This document shows positions 38,401 through 47,847 of a DNA stretch of 64,000 bases, in pieces (the first letter of the stretch is position 1; every line of letters starts with the position of its first letter). The translations under genes were made by a program, and so were the position numbers. Source of the DNA: Bernardetia sp. MNP-M8 (GTDB lineage: Bacteria; Bacteroidota; Bacteroidia; Cytophagales; Bernardetiaceae); NCBI RefSeq assembly GCF_037126285.1, contig NZ_CP147012.1, positions 3,244,676 to 3,308,675 on the forward strand, read 5' to 3'. Under the pieces are notes generated by a model. It was given only the letters and a program-made list of their open reading frames with translations, did not search any database and was not told where the DNA came from.

Positions 38401-39252
38401 TTACTCTCCGTTGTTGGTATTCTCACCAACGACACAATTAAAAAGCCATTTCCACATGCTTTCATCTTCATAAGCAGATTTCCAACTTCCGTGTCTTACT
38501 TTTTCGTATTCTGTATAATAAATGTCTTTGTTTCCTGTTTTCTTCACTGCTTCTACCATGTTTCGGCTGCGTTGTGGTTTTACGGTTTGGTCTAATGCTC
38601 CATGAAAAACCCAAATAGGCATATATTTTAAAGAATCTGCTGTTTTTTCGTCTGCACCTCCACAAATAGGTACAATAGCTGCAAACTTTTGAGGGAAACG
38701 TGCAGCCAAATCCCACGTTCCATATCCTCCCATCGAAAGTCCTGTAAGGTAAATTCTATTCGAATCTATTGGTAGTTCTTTCTCTAACTCTTCCAAAAGC
38801 TCAACTGTCAAGTTCATATACTTACTCATTTCTTTTGGTTGATTGTGTGAATCTGCCGACCAATCTACTTCTACCCATTTATTCTTCTTTTCACATTGAG
38901 GAACAAGCACAAAACATTCATAATCTTTTCTATTTTTTTCTTGCAATGCCCAAGCTCCTATATGTTTGACAGTAAGCGAACTATCGCCACGTTCTCCTGC
39001 ACCATGAAGGAATAAAACTAAAGGATATTTCTTTGTAGAATCATAATTTTTGGGAAAAAGCAAACGATAAGCCATCGAATCTGTTTCATTTGTAGAATTA
39101 TTATGCATGACGAACAACTTATGTTCAAAAAGTTCGTATCTTAGTAGTTGAGGCTCTGTTTGTTGTCCAAAAACTGGAACTGACAAACTAAGCACAAACA
39201 CACACAATAACAGACACAAAGAAGCACTAAAAGAATACATTTTATTTTTCAT
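38401..39252 (-). CDS. Secreted alpha/beta-hydrolase esterase (phospholipase/carboxylesterase or PHB-depolymerase-like family)
   Basis: Signal peptide. 'PLVLFLHGAGERG', nucleophile elbow 'GLSMGGYG', 'VFHGALDQTV'. Confidence 0.75.
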   Translation of the reverse strand: MKNKMYSFSASLCLLLCVFVLSLSVPVFGQQTEPQLLRYELFEHKLFVMHNNSTNETDSMAYRLLFPKNYDSTKKYPLVLFLHGAGERGDSSLTVKHIGAWALQEKNRKDYECFVLVPQCEKKNKWVEVDWSADSHNQPKEMSKYMNLTVELLEELEKELPIDSNRIYLTGLSMGGYGTWDLAARFPQKFAAIVPICGGADEKTADSLKYMPIWVFHGALDQTVKPQRSRNMVEAVKKTGNKDIYYTEYEKVRHGSWKSAYEDESMWKWLFNCVVGENTNNGE

Positions 39253-39330
39253 AAAGGAAATTATTATAAACCCTAAGGGTTTTGAGAAACCATTAGTTTT
39301 TAGAAACTACTTAGACAACCAAAATTAATT

Positions 39331-40821
39331 ATGAGCGAAATTCAAGCCGATTCCGTTTCTTTTGCAGGTCAAGACTCAAATTCAGGCGCAAAAGATAATT
39401 CAAAAGAAGATTTTAAAAAACAAATAGACGAAATTTTTGAAGCACAACAAAATAATCGTTGGGCAGTTTCAAAAACAACATCAAAAGAGCGTATTGAAAA
39501 ACTAAAACGTTTGCAAGATGCACTCTTCAATTATCGTTCAGCTTTTCATCATTCTCTTCGTCAAGATTTTGGAAAGCCAGAAGCAGAAACCGATTTATCA
39601 GAAATTTATCCTACATCAAACGAAATAAAACACGCTATTTCGAATCTTGAAAAATGGATGAAAGACGAATCTGTAAGCACGCCTGTGGCTCTTTTAGGTT
39701 CAAAATCCTATATTCGTTACGAAGCAAAAGGTGTTTGTTTGATTATTGCACCTTGGAATTACCCAGTAAATTTAATCTTAATTCCTCTTATTTCTGCCAT
39801 TGCAGCAGGAAACTGTGTAATTTTGAAACCTTCTGAATATACGCCAAATACGAATGCGATTATGGCACAACTTATCAAAGAAGTTTTTGCAGAAAATGAA
39901 GTAGCCTTTATAGAAGGTGAAGTAGAAGTATCAAAATATTTGACTCAACAGCCATTTGACCATATTTTCTTTACAGGAAGTACAGCCGTAGGAAAAACAA
40001 TTATGAAGGCTGCAGCAGAAAATTTGACTTCTGTAACCCTTGAACTTGGTGGAAAATCACCCGTTATTGTTGATGAAACAGCAAATATTAAAGAGGCAGC
40101 CAAAAAAATTGTTTGGGGTAAATTCTTAAATGCAGGTCAGACTTGTATTGCTCCTGATTATGTGTTGGTTCATGAAGACATCGAACACGAACTTATCCAA
40201 CAAATGCTCAAATATTTAAGTGAATTTTACGGACAATCTTCTGGCGAACGTTTGGATTCTCCAGATTATGCACGCATTATCAATGAAAAACAATATAAAA
40301 CACTTGTTGAGCTTATCGGAAAAGCAAAAGGGCAGGGTGCAGTTATTCATACAGGAGGAACGGTTGTAGAAGAGCAGCGTTATATTGCTCCAACAATTAT
40401 GTCAGAAGTTCCTTTGGATTCGGAAGTAATGCAACAGGAAATTTTTGGTCCTATTATGCCAGTTATTCGATATAAATATCTGAATGACGCACTAGATTTA
40501 ATCAATAAAAAAGATAAGCCATTAGCGTTGTATCTTTTCTCACAAGAGCGCAAAACGATTGATAATGTGCTTGCTTCTACTTCTTCGGGTGGAGTTTGTA
40601 TTAATGATACTGTTATTCATTATTTCCAACATAATTTACCTTTTGGTGGTGTCAATCATAGTGGAATTGGAAAAGCGCATGGTATTTTTGGATTTAGATC
40701 TTTCTCTAATGAACGTGCTGTTTTGGAACAACCAACTCGTTTTAGCGCACCTCAACTGATGTACCCTCCTTACAAATCAGAAGTTCAATCACTTATTGAT
40801 TTTACTGTAAAGTGGATTTAA
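39331..40821 (+). CDS. Aldehyde dehydrogenase (class 3 / fatty or coniferyl aldehyde dehydrogenase-like)
   Basis: 'ELGGKSP' and catalytic 'GQTCIAPDY'. NAD-binding 'FTGSTAVGK'. Confidence 0.9.
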   Translation: MSEIQADSVSFAGQDSNSGAKDNSKEDFKKQIDEIFEAQQNNRWAVSKTTSKERIEKLKRLQDALFNYRSAFHHSLRQDFGKPEAETDLSEIYPTSNEIKHAISNLEKWMKDESVSTPVALLGSKSYIRYEAKGVCLIIAPWNYPVNLILIPLISAIAAGNCVILKPSEYTPNTNAIMAQLIKEVFAENEVAFIEGEVEVSKYLTQQPFDHIFFTGSTAVGKTIMKAAAENLTSVTLELGGKSPVIVDETANIKEAAKKIVWGKFLNAGQTCIAPDYVLVHEDIEHELIQQMLKYLSEFYGQSSGERLDSPDYARIINEKQYKTLVELIGKAKGQGAVIHTGGTVVEEQRYIAPTIMSEVPLDSEVMQQEIFGPIMPVIRYKYLNDALDLINKKDKPLALYLFSQERKTIDNVLASTSSGGVCINDTVIHYFQHNLPFGGVNHSGIGKAHGIFGFRSFSNERAVLEQPTRFSAPQLMYPPYKSEVQSLIDFTVKWI

Positions 40822-40871
40822 TATAGTTTTAAGGTCGTTGGTGAAAATACCAACAATGGCAAAATATTTTT

Positions 40872-40912
40872 ATAAAAACCTATTCTTTCTTTTTTGAGAG
40901 AATAGGTTTTTT
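40872..40912. repeat. Left copy of a ~40-bp terminator-like hairpin direct repeat (aaaaacctattctttcttttttgagagaataggttttttt)
   Basis: Near-identical copy at 43614..43653 on the far side of the OLD-family operon. Confidence 0.75.
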
Positions 40913-40949
40913 TGTATATTTAAAAAAAATAAATTTTAAAAGACTTTTA

Positions 40950-41171
40950 ATGGAAAATTTACAAAAAACAGTTTACTTTTCTACAAGAGAAGGACTTCAA
41001 GCAATAACTCATATAGATTATGCAATAGATGCAGTAACTAAAAAGCGTGATATTTTCATAGAAGAAAATACAGATAAAATAGCAAAGGTAATAGAAGAAA
41101 ATATTACTACAGAAATTTACAATAATACTATACTAATTATTATCCTTAAGTTATCTTATTATCCTAAATAA
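40950..41171 (+). CDS. Small hypothetical protein (73 aa), paralog A, ends ...KLSYYPK
   Basis: Shares N-terminal ME(N/K)L.KTVYF, central D.FIE.N.D.IAKVI and C-terminal KLSYYPK with the next ORF. Confidence 0.5.
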   Translation: MENLQKTVYFSTREGLQAITHIDYAIDAVTKKRDIFIEENTDKIAKVIEENITTEIYNNTILIIILKLSYYPK

Positions 41172-41199
41172 TTATACATTTAAAATAAAAAACATCTAC

Positions 41200-41418
41200 A
41201 TGGAAAAATTATTAAAAACTGTCTATTTTACTGGAATAGGAGCTATTTCGCAAATAGATGAGGTAATAAAGAAAGCTACTGATAAACGTGATGAATTTAT
41301 AGAACTGAATTCAGATGAAATTGCTAAAGTAATACAAGAAGATATTATACCTGTAACATACCATCAAAATCAATCACATACTTATATAACGATAAAGTTA
41401 TCTTATTACCCTAAATAA
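41200..41418 (+). CDS. Small hypothetical protein (72 aa), paralog B, ends ...KLSYYPK. Stop lies 2 nt before the OLD-family start.
   Basis: Paralog of 40950..41171. Confidence 0.5.
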   Translation: MEKLLKTVYFTGIGAISQIDEVIKKATDKRDEFIELNSDEIAKVIQEDIIPVTYHQNQSHTYITIKLSYYPK

Positions 41419-41420
41419 TT

Positions 41421-43202
41421 ATGCGTTTAAAAAAAATTGAAATTATAGATTTTAAATCTGTAAAAAGGGAAACCATTGATGTTAATTCAAATCAACTTTG
41501 TTTTGTAGGAAAAAATGAAAGTGGTAAGTCAAGTTTAATTCTTGCAACGAGTTATTTGAATATTTTAGATACGGAATTTACTACAAATCTATTAAATAAA
41601 AGTTCTGAAAGATACCCTGAAGGTTTTCCTATGGTAATCGGTTTGTTTGAACTATCAAAAACAGATTTTACTACTTTAAAGAATATACTTAAAAGCCATT
41701 TTTCTGAAAAAGAACTCAAATTTCCTGCTGGAAGTTCAGATAATTGTTTGTTGCAATTAAAAAGATGGGGAAATGGATTGAATAATATATCTATCAAAAT
41801 TATTCAGAAAGATTCATTTGGTCTAGAATTATCAAAGATGATAACTGATAAAGCTAAGTTTTACGATGAATTTTTTACCAAATTATATCCTACAATTACT
41901 TATTTTGAAAAAGAAGATTTACTGATTGAACCTTCAACAGTAGAAGATTTAATAGGAGAAGATAGGCAATTTGAAACTTTTAGAAGACTATTAATAATTG
42001 GAGGTTGTAAAGATTTTGAGTACTTGAATAGTTCTGATACTTCTTTCGTTACTACATATATTTCTAAAATAGAAACGAAGCTCAATGCAATTTTCAAAAA
42101 ACATTATAAACAAGACGGTAGTATTATTATAAAAATAGTTACTACATTTAATAATAAGTTAGATTTAATTATACAAGATAGTTCTAAAAATAGTTATTCG
42201 ATAAAAGAAAGAAGTCCTGGATTTCAATACTATTTTGCATTTTTAATCAATAAATTATATAATAAGCATATAAGCAAAAGTAAAAACTCAATTTTACTAC
42301 TAGACGAACCTGGAAATAGTTTACACCCAAAAGGAGCTAAAGATTTATTAAAGTCTTTTGATGAAATAGCAGAAAATTCTCAAATATTTTATACTACACA
42401 TAATCCATTTTTAGTAATTAGAAACTGCTTAGATTCTTTAATTTTCGTAGATAAATCTGAAACACTTGGTAGTCAAATAAAGAAAAAACCATTTCTTAAT
42501 AAATATCAAGTTCTACGAAAAGAACTAGGTATTATGCTCAATGATAGTTTTCTAATTGGAGATATTAATTTAGTTGTAGAAGGAAATACAGAAAAATTAG
42601 CTTTTCATCGCCTTTTTCAAGACACAAAGTTTAGAGATTTAGAATGGATGAATATTTATAATGCTGATGGAGTGACAAATATTCCACAAGCTATAAACTA
42701 TCTTGGAAAAAATAATCTCAAACTTTCTGGTATTGTTATTTTAGATAGCGATGCAGAAGCAGAGAACATAAAAAAGAACAAATCCTACAAGAAAAATATC
42801 GCAGAGGCTGATTGGGAAGAAATAGAAATAAATAGTGTTTTTAGTGATAAAAAGGATAGAACGTTTGAGGATTTATTTCCTCAAGAAATATATATCCAAG
42901 CATTTAATAAATATTGTCATTCTTTAAGTGGGTTAGAAGTTTTTGAGAAAAAATATCAAGATTTCAAATCTATTGAGCCTTTGGAAACTCCTATTGTCAA
43001 TCATGTTAATCAACACTATAAGACATTTTTATCTTCCTCTAGTAAATCAACAATTACTAAACAAGATGTAATTAGACATTTGCTAGACATAGTAGATACT
43101 CTTTCTGAAAACGAACAAAAAAAAGTGTTAGAAAATGCTTTTAAACTATGCGAAAAAATAAAAACAGCTTTCATTAAAATAGAAAAACATGTCAATAACT
43201 AA
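41421..43202 (+). CDS. OLD-family (overcoming lysogenization defect) protein: N-terminal ABC-type ATPase + C-terminal TOPRIM nuclease domain
   Basis: Walker A 'VGKNESGKSS', Walker B/H-loop 'ILLLDEPGNSLHP', TOPRIM 'LVVEGNTE' Glu and 'ILDSDAE' DxD. 593 aa, as in P2 Old or GajA. Confidence 0.75.
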   Translation: MRLKKIEIIDFKSVKRETIDVNSNQLCFVGKNESGKSSLILATSYLNILDTEFTTNLLNKSSERYPEGFPMVIGLFELSKTDFTTLKNILKSHFSEKELKFPAGSSDNCLLQLKRWGNGLNNISIKIIQKDSFGLELSKMITDKAKFYDEFFTKLYPTITYFEKEDLLIEPSTVEDLIGEDRQFETFRRLLIIGGCKDFEYLNSSDTSFVTTYISKIETKLNAIFKKHYKQDGSIIIKIVTTFNNKLDLIIQDSSKNSYSIKERSPGFQYYFAFLINKLYNKHISKSKNSILLLDEPGNSLHPKGAKDLLKSFDEIAENSQIFYTTHNPFLVIRNCLDSLIFVDKSETLGSQIKKKPFLNKYQVLRKELGIMLNDSFLIGDINLVVEGNTEKLAFHRLFQDTKFRDLEWMNIYNADGVTNIPQAINYLGKNNLKLSGIVILDSDAEAENIKKNKSYKKNIAEADWEEIEINSVFSDKKDRTFEDLFPQEIYIQAFNKYCHSLSGLEVFEKKYQDFKSIEPLETPIVNHVNQHYKTFLSSSSKSTITKQDVIRHLLDIVDTLSENEQKKVLENAFKLCEKIKTAFIKIEKHVNN

Positions 43203-43611
43203 ACATAAGATTTTTGAAATAGAAATTGAAGAGGTGGATAACCTTTCTTTATCAGAAAATGCAATAAATGCTATAAATGATTTCTTAAGTGAACCCAATT
43301 ACATTTATGTAAATCATTCTATAACTGTTTTAACTAAAGATGAAGAACATTATGAGCAAATTAAAACTAAATGTAAATATTTGGTTTTAAGTCTTATATA
43401 TAAAGACTTGAATGCAACATCACTTGATATAAAAAAATCTTCTACAAAAGTAAAAAATGTGGTACGTAAACAAATTGAAGTTGGAGAAGACATGGAAGAG
43501 CCAAATATTGAAACAGAAATAGATAGAGAGATAAGAGTAATGAATGTTAATACTGGAGCAGATACAGATAATTTTGAAGAAGAAGGCTTTATAGAAGGAC
43601 AACCAATGTAA
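43189..43611 (+). CDS. Hypothetical small acidic protein (140 aa), translationally coupled to the OLD gene (14-nt overlap)
   Basis: ORF overlapping the OLD gene stop. Highly acidic C-terminus. Confidence 0.45.
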   Translation: MSITKHKIFEIEIEEVDNLSLSENAINAINDFLSEPNYIYVNHSITVLTKDEEHYEQIKTKCKYLVLSLIYKDLNATSLDIKKSSTKVKNVVRKQIEVGEDMEEPNIETEIDREIRVMNVNTGADTDNFEEEGFIEGQPM

Positions 43612-43613
43612 AC

Positions 43614-43653
43614 TAAAAACCTATTCCTTCCTCTTGAGAGAATAGGTTTTTTG
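43614..43653. repeat. Right copy of the terminator-like hairpin direct repeat (aaaaacctattccttcctcttgagagaataggtttttt)
   Basis: About 36 of 40 nt identical to 40872..40912. Confidence 0.75.
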
Positions 43654-43719
43654 CTTTTAAAGCAATTTATCTAAATTTGCTTTCAAGTATTCAAATAAAA
43701 TCCAAACTTATCTACTCTA

Positions 43720-44994
43720 ATGTTGCAAAAAACAGTATATCTTATCTTCGTTATTGTATTTTTATTTTCCTGTAAATCAAATACAGAAAAAAAAGAAATT
43801 GTATCCAGTCCAAGTGAAGAAACTACAAATTATGATAAAATCGATAGTTTGGCAAGTCGTTATCTTGATTTAGGGCGTTTTAGTGGTACACTATTGATTG
43901 CTCAAAATGACTCTATCATCTTTAATAAAAGCTATGGTTTGGCAGATTATGTCACTATAAAAGAATTTACAGACAGTACAGCTTTCAAAATTGGGCATCT
44001 TTCTGAGCTTTTTACAGAGGCTATTATTAGAGATATGATAAATCAAAATTTGATACAATCAAATGAAAAAATAGCTACATATATTCCTCAAATAAAACAG
44101 AATTTTACAGTCGAAGAGTTATTAAATCATAAATCAAACCTTCAAACAATTGCTCAAATACAAGAAGTAAATCCGAATAAAACCTATTCGTTAATTGATT
44201 ATGTAAATCTATCAAATAATGAAAATGATAAAGCAGCAGAAATTCAATCTGAACTAGATTATAATATTTTAGGATTGGTTATTGAAAAAGTCACGAACAA
44301 AACATTTTCAGAGGTTTTGGAACAGTATGCTCAAAAATGGAATTTGGAAAGCACTTATTTTCATAAAACAGATACAACTCATCTTGCAATCGGTTATTTA
44401 TTTTATAATTATCGAAACCAAGGGTTAAAAATAACCCCATCACCAAAGTATCAAGATAGTATGGCTTTTAGTAGTAGAGGAATAAAAGCAACAGTAAAAG
44501 ATGTTTTTAAGTTTGTAAATAATTTTGAAAATCAAAGTTTGGATAAAGAAGGGTATTTAATGAATGATGGCTTTAGTTATTCACTCAAAAAAGATAATGA
44601 TAAAAAACGAACAGTTCTTATTTTGAGTAATCGTAAGCATCCAGTTGCTAGAGAAATGTCTGAAAGTATAGAAAAAATATTGAATAATGAAGAATATGAG
44701 CTTCCTTTACTTCGTCAAGAAATAGCTATTAACCCAGATTTATTGAAAGAATATGAAGGCGTGTATGCAATGAATTCAACTATGAACTTGACTTTTGTAG
44801 CTGAAAATGATAGTTTGTTTGTACTGATGGGAGAAAATAAAGTGGAGCTAAAACCACAATCTGAAAATCAGTTTTTTATGTTTGAAAGTGATGCTTCTAT
44901 TCGCTTTGAGAGAGATGAGAATAATAAAGTTGCAAAAGCTGTTTTACTAGATGGCTTTTTGGAAGGAAATACAATTTTGAAAGTTAAGGGATAG
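43720..44994 (+). CDS. Beta-lactamase-fold / serine-hydrolase-like lipoprotein, possibly non-catalytic
   Basis: Lipobox 'LFSC'. 'FSGTLLIAQNDSIIFNKSYGLADY...TAFKIGHLSELFT' resembles class C/esterase N-terminal region but with S-E-L-F in place of SxxK. Confidence 0.55.
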   Translation: MLQKTVYLIFVIVFLFSCKSNTEKKEIVSSPSEETTNYDKIDSLASRYLDLGRFSGTLLIAQNDSIIFNKSYGLADYVTIKEFTDSTAFKIGHLSELFTEAIIRDMINQNLIQSNEKIATYIPQIKQNFTVEELLNHKSNLQTIAQIQEVNPNKTYSLIDYVNLSNNENDKAAEIQSELDYNILGLVIEKVTNKTFSEVLEQYAQKWNLESTYFHKTDTTHLAIGYLFYNYRNQGLKITPSPKYQDSMAFSSRGIKATVKDVFKFVNNFENQSLDKEGYLMNDGFSYSLKKDNDKKRTVLILSNRKHPVAREMSESIEKILNNEEYELPLLRQEIAINPDLLKEYEGVYAMNSTMNLTFVAENDSLFVLMGENKVELKPQSENQFFMFESDASIRFERDENNKVAKAVLLDGFLEGNTILKVKG

Positions 44995-45069
44995 TTTGCT
45001 AATTTGAAATTAAATGTATTCTTAAAACAACCTTCTAAGTAAATTCAAATCTTTAAAACTCTAAAAAAT

Positions 45070-45591
45070 ATGGCTTTAATTCTTCCTGTTCGTGGTTTTT
45101 CTCCAAAATTTGGCAAAGATTGTTTTCTTGCTCCCAATGCAACTATTGTAGGAGAAGTAGAAATGGGTGATAATTGTAGTGTTTGGTTTAGTGCTGTTAT
45201 TCGTGGCGATGTAAATTATATCAAAATTGGTCATCATACCAATATTCAAGACAATGCCACTATTCATGGAACTTATCAAACTGCTCCGACAACTATCGGA
45301 AATTATGTAAGTATTGGACATAATGCTATCGTTCATGGCTGTACTATTGAAGATAATGTTTTGATAGGAATGGGTGCAAGATTGATGGATGGTGTAATTG
45401 TCAGAACGGGAAGTATCGTAGCAGCAGGTGCAGTCGTTTTGGAAGGAACAGAAATTGAAAGTGGATTTATTTATGCTGGAGTGCCTGCAAAAAAAGTAAA
45501 ACCAATTGGCGAAAGAGGAGAAATGTTAGAACGAATTGCTACCAATTATATAAAATATTCTAGCTGGTTTATGGAAAATAAAGAAGAATAA
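45070..45591 (+). CDS. Gamma-class carbonic anhydrase-like / hexapeptide-repeat (LbH) protein
   Basis: 'APNATIVGEVEMGDNCSVWFSAVIRGDVNYIKIGHHTNIQDNATIHG', typical YrdA/PaaY gamma-CA family. Confidence 0.8.
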   Translation: MALILPVRGFSPKFGKDCFLAPNATIVGEVEMGDNCSVWFSAVIRGDVNYIKIGHHTNIQDNATIHGTYQTAPTTIGNYVSIGHNAIVHGCTIEDNVLIGMGARLMDGVIVRTGSIVAAGAVVLEGTEIESGFIYAGVPAKKVKPIGERGEMLERIATNYIKYSSWFMENKEE

Positions 45592-45866
45592 AACAAACAA
45601 AATTTCCTTTTCCTATCAAAAGTTCTTATCTTTGTAACTCATTTTCAAACAGATATGTAAAATTCTGTAAATCAATAACTTACTTTGTTTTATTCTGAGT
45701 TTTATTTCTTTTTTAAATGAATTTTATTCAAATTATTTTATCACAGTTAATTAAACACCTTATAAGCATAATTTCTTTTAATTGATTTTATTACCAGTTA
45801 AAAAAAATGCTATAAAGGCAGGCACTACGACAAGCCTGAAAGTAATTGTCTTTTTTATTTTATTAT

Positions 45867-47699
45867 ATGAGTAATTCAAACACTTCAGCAGGCGAAATCA
45901 ATTGGGAAGAATTAGAGTCTAACAAAACAGGCTTTGGTGCTGGCTATAAAGATTCACGTCAACAAGAACTTGCAGACCTTTACGAAGAAACACTTACTGA
46001 GTTTTCAGAAAATGAACTTGTTACAGGTACAATTGTAGGCGTTACAGATCGTGAAGCTATCGTAAATATCGGTCATAAATCAGACGGACTTGTATCTCTT
46101 TCAGAATTTAGAGATTTACCAGAACTTAAAGCTGGTGACCAAGTAACTGTTTATGTAGAGAAACAAGAAGACGCAAACGGACAAATTTTACTTTCTCGTC
46201 GTAAAGCAATGGCTCTTCAGGCGTGGAAAAAAATTGAGCAATCGCATCAAGGAGATGAAGTTATCGAAGGAATTATCAAACGCCGTACAAAAGGTGGTTT
46301 GATTGCAGATATTTTTGGTATTGAAGCATTTTTACCAGGTTCACAAATTGACGTTAAGCCAATTCGTGATTTTGATGTATATGTGGATAAGAAAATGGAA
46401 TTGAAAGTTGTCAAAATCAATTATGCAAATGACAACGTAGTAGTTTCTCATAAAGTTCTTATTGAGAAAGATCTTGAAAAACAACGTTTACAAATTCTTG
46501 ACAACCTTGAAAGAGGACAAGTATTGGAAGGTGTGGTTAAAAATATCACTAACTTCGGTGCTTTTGTTGATTTGGGTGGCGTAGATGGATTACTTCACAT
46601 TACTGATATTTCTTGGGGACGTATTTCTCATCCAAATGAAGTATTAGAACTTGACCAAAAACTTAATGTTGTTGTTCTTGATTTTGATGAAGACAAAAAA
46701 CGTATTTCATTAGGTATGAAACAACTTCAAGAGCATCCTTGGGATTCGCTTGAAGCTACTTTAGAAGTAGGTACAAAAGTAAACGGACGTATTGTGAATG
46801 TTGCTGATTATGGTGCATTCTTAGAAATCAAACCAGGTGTAGAAGGTTTGATTCACGTTTCAGAAATGTCTTGGTCGCAACACTTGCGTAATCCACAAGA
46901 ATTCTTGAGTATCAATGATACAGTAGATGCAGTTATCTTGACTATTGACCGTGAAGAGCGCAAAATGTCATTAGGTATCAAACAACTTACTGAAGATCCT
47001 TGGACGAAAGAAGAAGTTAAAACTAAATATGCTTCTGGTGAGCGTCATACAGGTACAGTTCGTAACCTTACTAACTACGGTTTATTCTTAGAGTTAGAAG
47101 AAGGAATTGATGGACTTGTTCATATTTCTGACCTTTCTTGGACTCGTAAATTCAAACACCCATCTGAATTTATCAAAGTAAACGAAAAATTAGAAGTTCA
47201 AGTATTAGAACTTGATACAGAACAACGTCGTTTGGCTCTTAGTCATAAACACATGGAAGAAAATCCTTGGGATACTTTCGAAACTATCTTTACACCAAAC
47301 AGTGTACATAAAGGTACTTTAGTGAACAAAAATGACAAAGGTGCAAATATCGAACTTCCTTACGGTGTACAAGGATTTGCTTCTACAAAACACCTTACTT
47401 TGGAAGAAACAGGTAAAACTGCTGAGGTTGGAAACAACATCGACTTCAAAGTAGTAGAGTTTTCTAAAGACGAGCAACGTATTATTCTTTCTCACGTAGC
47501 TACATACCGTAGTGGAAAAGAAGAAACTGCAGCTCCTGCAAAGAAAGCAAAAGCTCCAAAAGGAGAAGCTAGTAAAGAAACAGCTTCAAAATCTAAAGAC
47601 ATGAAAAACTCTAAAGATTTGGAAACTACTAGTTCATTAGGAGACAATTCTGCACTTTCTCAATTGAAAGATGACATGAAAAATGACGAAGGTAAATAA
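45867..47699 (+). CDS. rpsA: 30S ribosomal protein S1
   Basis: Six S1-domain repeats ('GxV.NITNFGAFVDLGG.DGLLHISD' pattern repeated). ATG 45867 was chosen over the TTG at 45846. Confidence 0.9.
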   Translation: MSNSNTSAGEINWEELESNKTGFGAGYKDSRQQELADLYEETLTEFSENELVTGTIVGVTDREAIVNIGHKSDGLVSLSEFRDLPELKAGDQVTVYVEKQEDANGQILLSRRKAMALQAWKKIEQSHQGDEVIEGIIKRRTKGGLIADIFGIEAFLPGSQIDVKPIRDFDVYVDKKMELKVVKINYANDNVVVSHKVLIEKDLEKQRLQILDNLERGQVLEGVVKNITNFGAFVDLGGVDGLLHITDISWGRISHPNEVLELDQKLNVVVLDFDEDKKRISLGMKQLQEHPWDSLEATLEVGTKVNGRIVNVADYGAFLEIKPGVEGLIHVSEMSWSQHLRNPQEFLSINDTVDAVILTIDREERKMSLGIKQLTEDPWTKEEVKTKYASGERHTGTVRNLTNYGLFLELEEGIDGLVHISDLSWTRKFKHPSEFIKVNEKLEVQVLELDTEQRRLALSHKHMEENPWDTFETIFTPNSVHKGTLVNKNDKGANIELPYGVQGFASTKHLTLEETGKTAEVGNNIDFKVVEFSKDEQRIILSHVATYRSGKEETAAPAKKAKAPKGEASKETASKSKDMKNSKDLETTSSLGDNSALSQLKDDMKNDEGK

Positions 47700-47737
47700 T
47701 CTATTCTTATTTGAATAGAATTGTTTCTTCAACTATA

Positions 47738-47775
47738 AAAACCCTTATTTCAATAAAGAAATAAGGGTTTTTGTG
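47738..47775. terminator. Terminator hairpin after rpsA
   Basis: aaaaacccttatttc aataaa gaaataagggttttt. Confidence 0.7.
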
Positions 47776-47847
47776 TTTTAGGATTTGTTGAATTTATGAC
47801 AATCAATTCTGAGAAGCCCTTGTCGGTGTCTCACGATGATACAAAGC

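Noticed and set aside
38310-38471. Longer 192-aa version of the Lys-rich small protein, with an overlapping 82-aa ORF at 38468..38716
   Set aside because: Both would overlap the 3' end of the well-supported esterase gene. An internal ATG at 38309 with a signal-peptide-like N-terminus gives a non-overlapping, more plausible gene.
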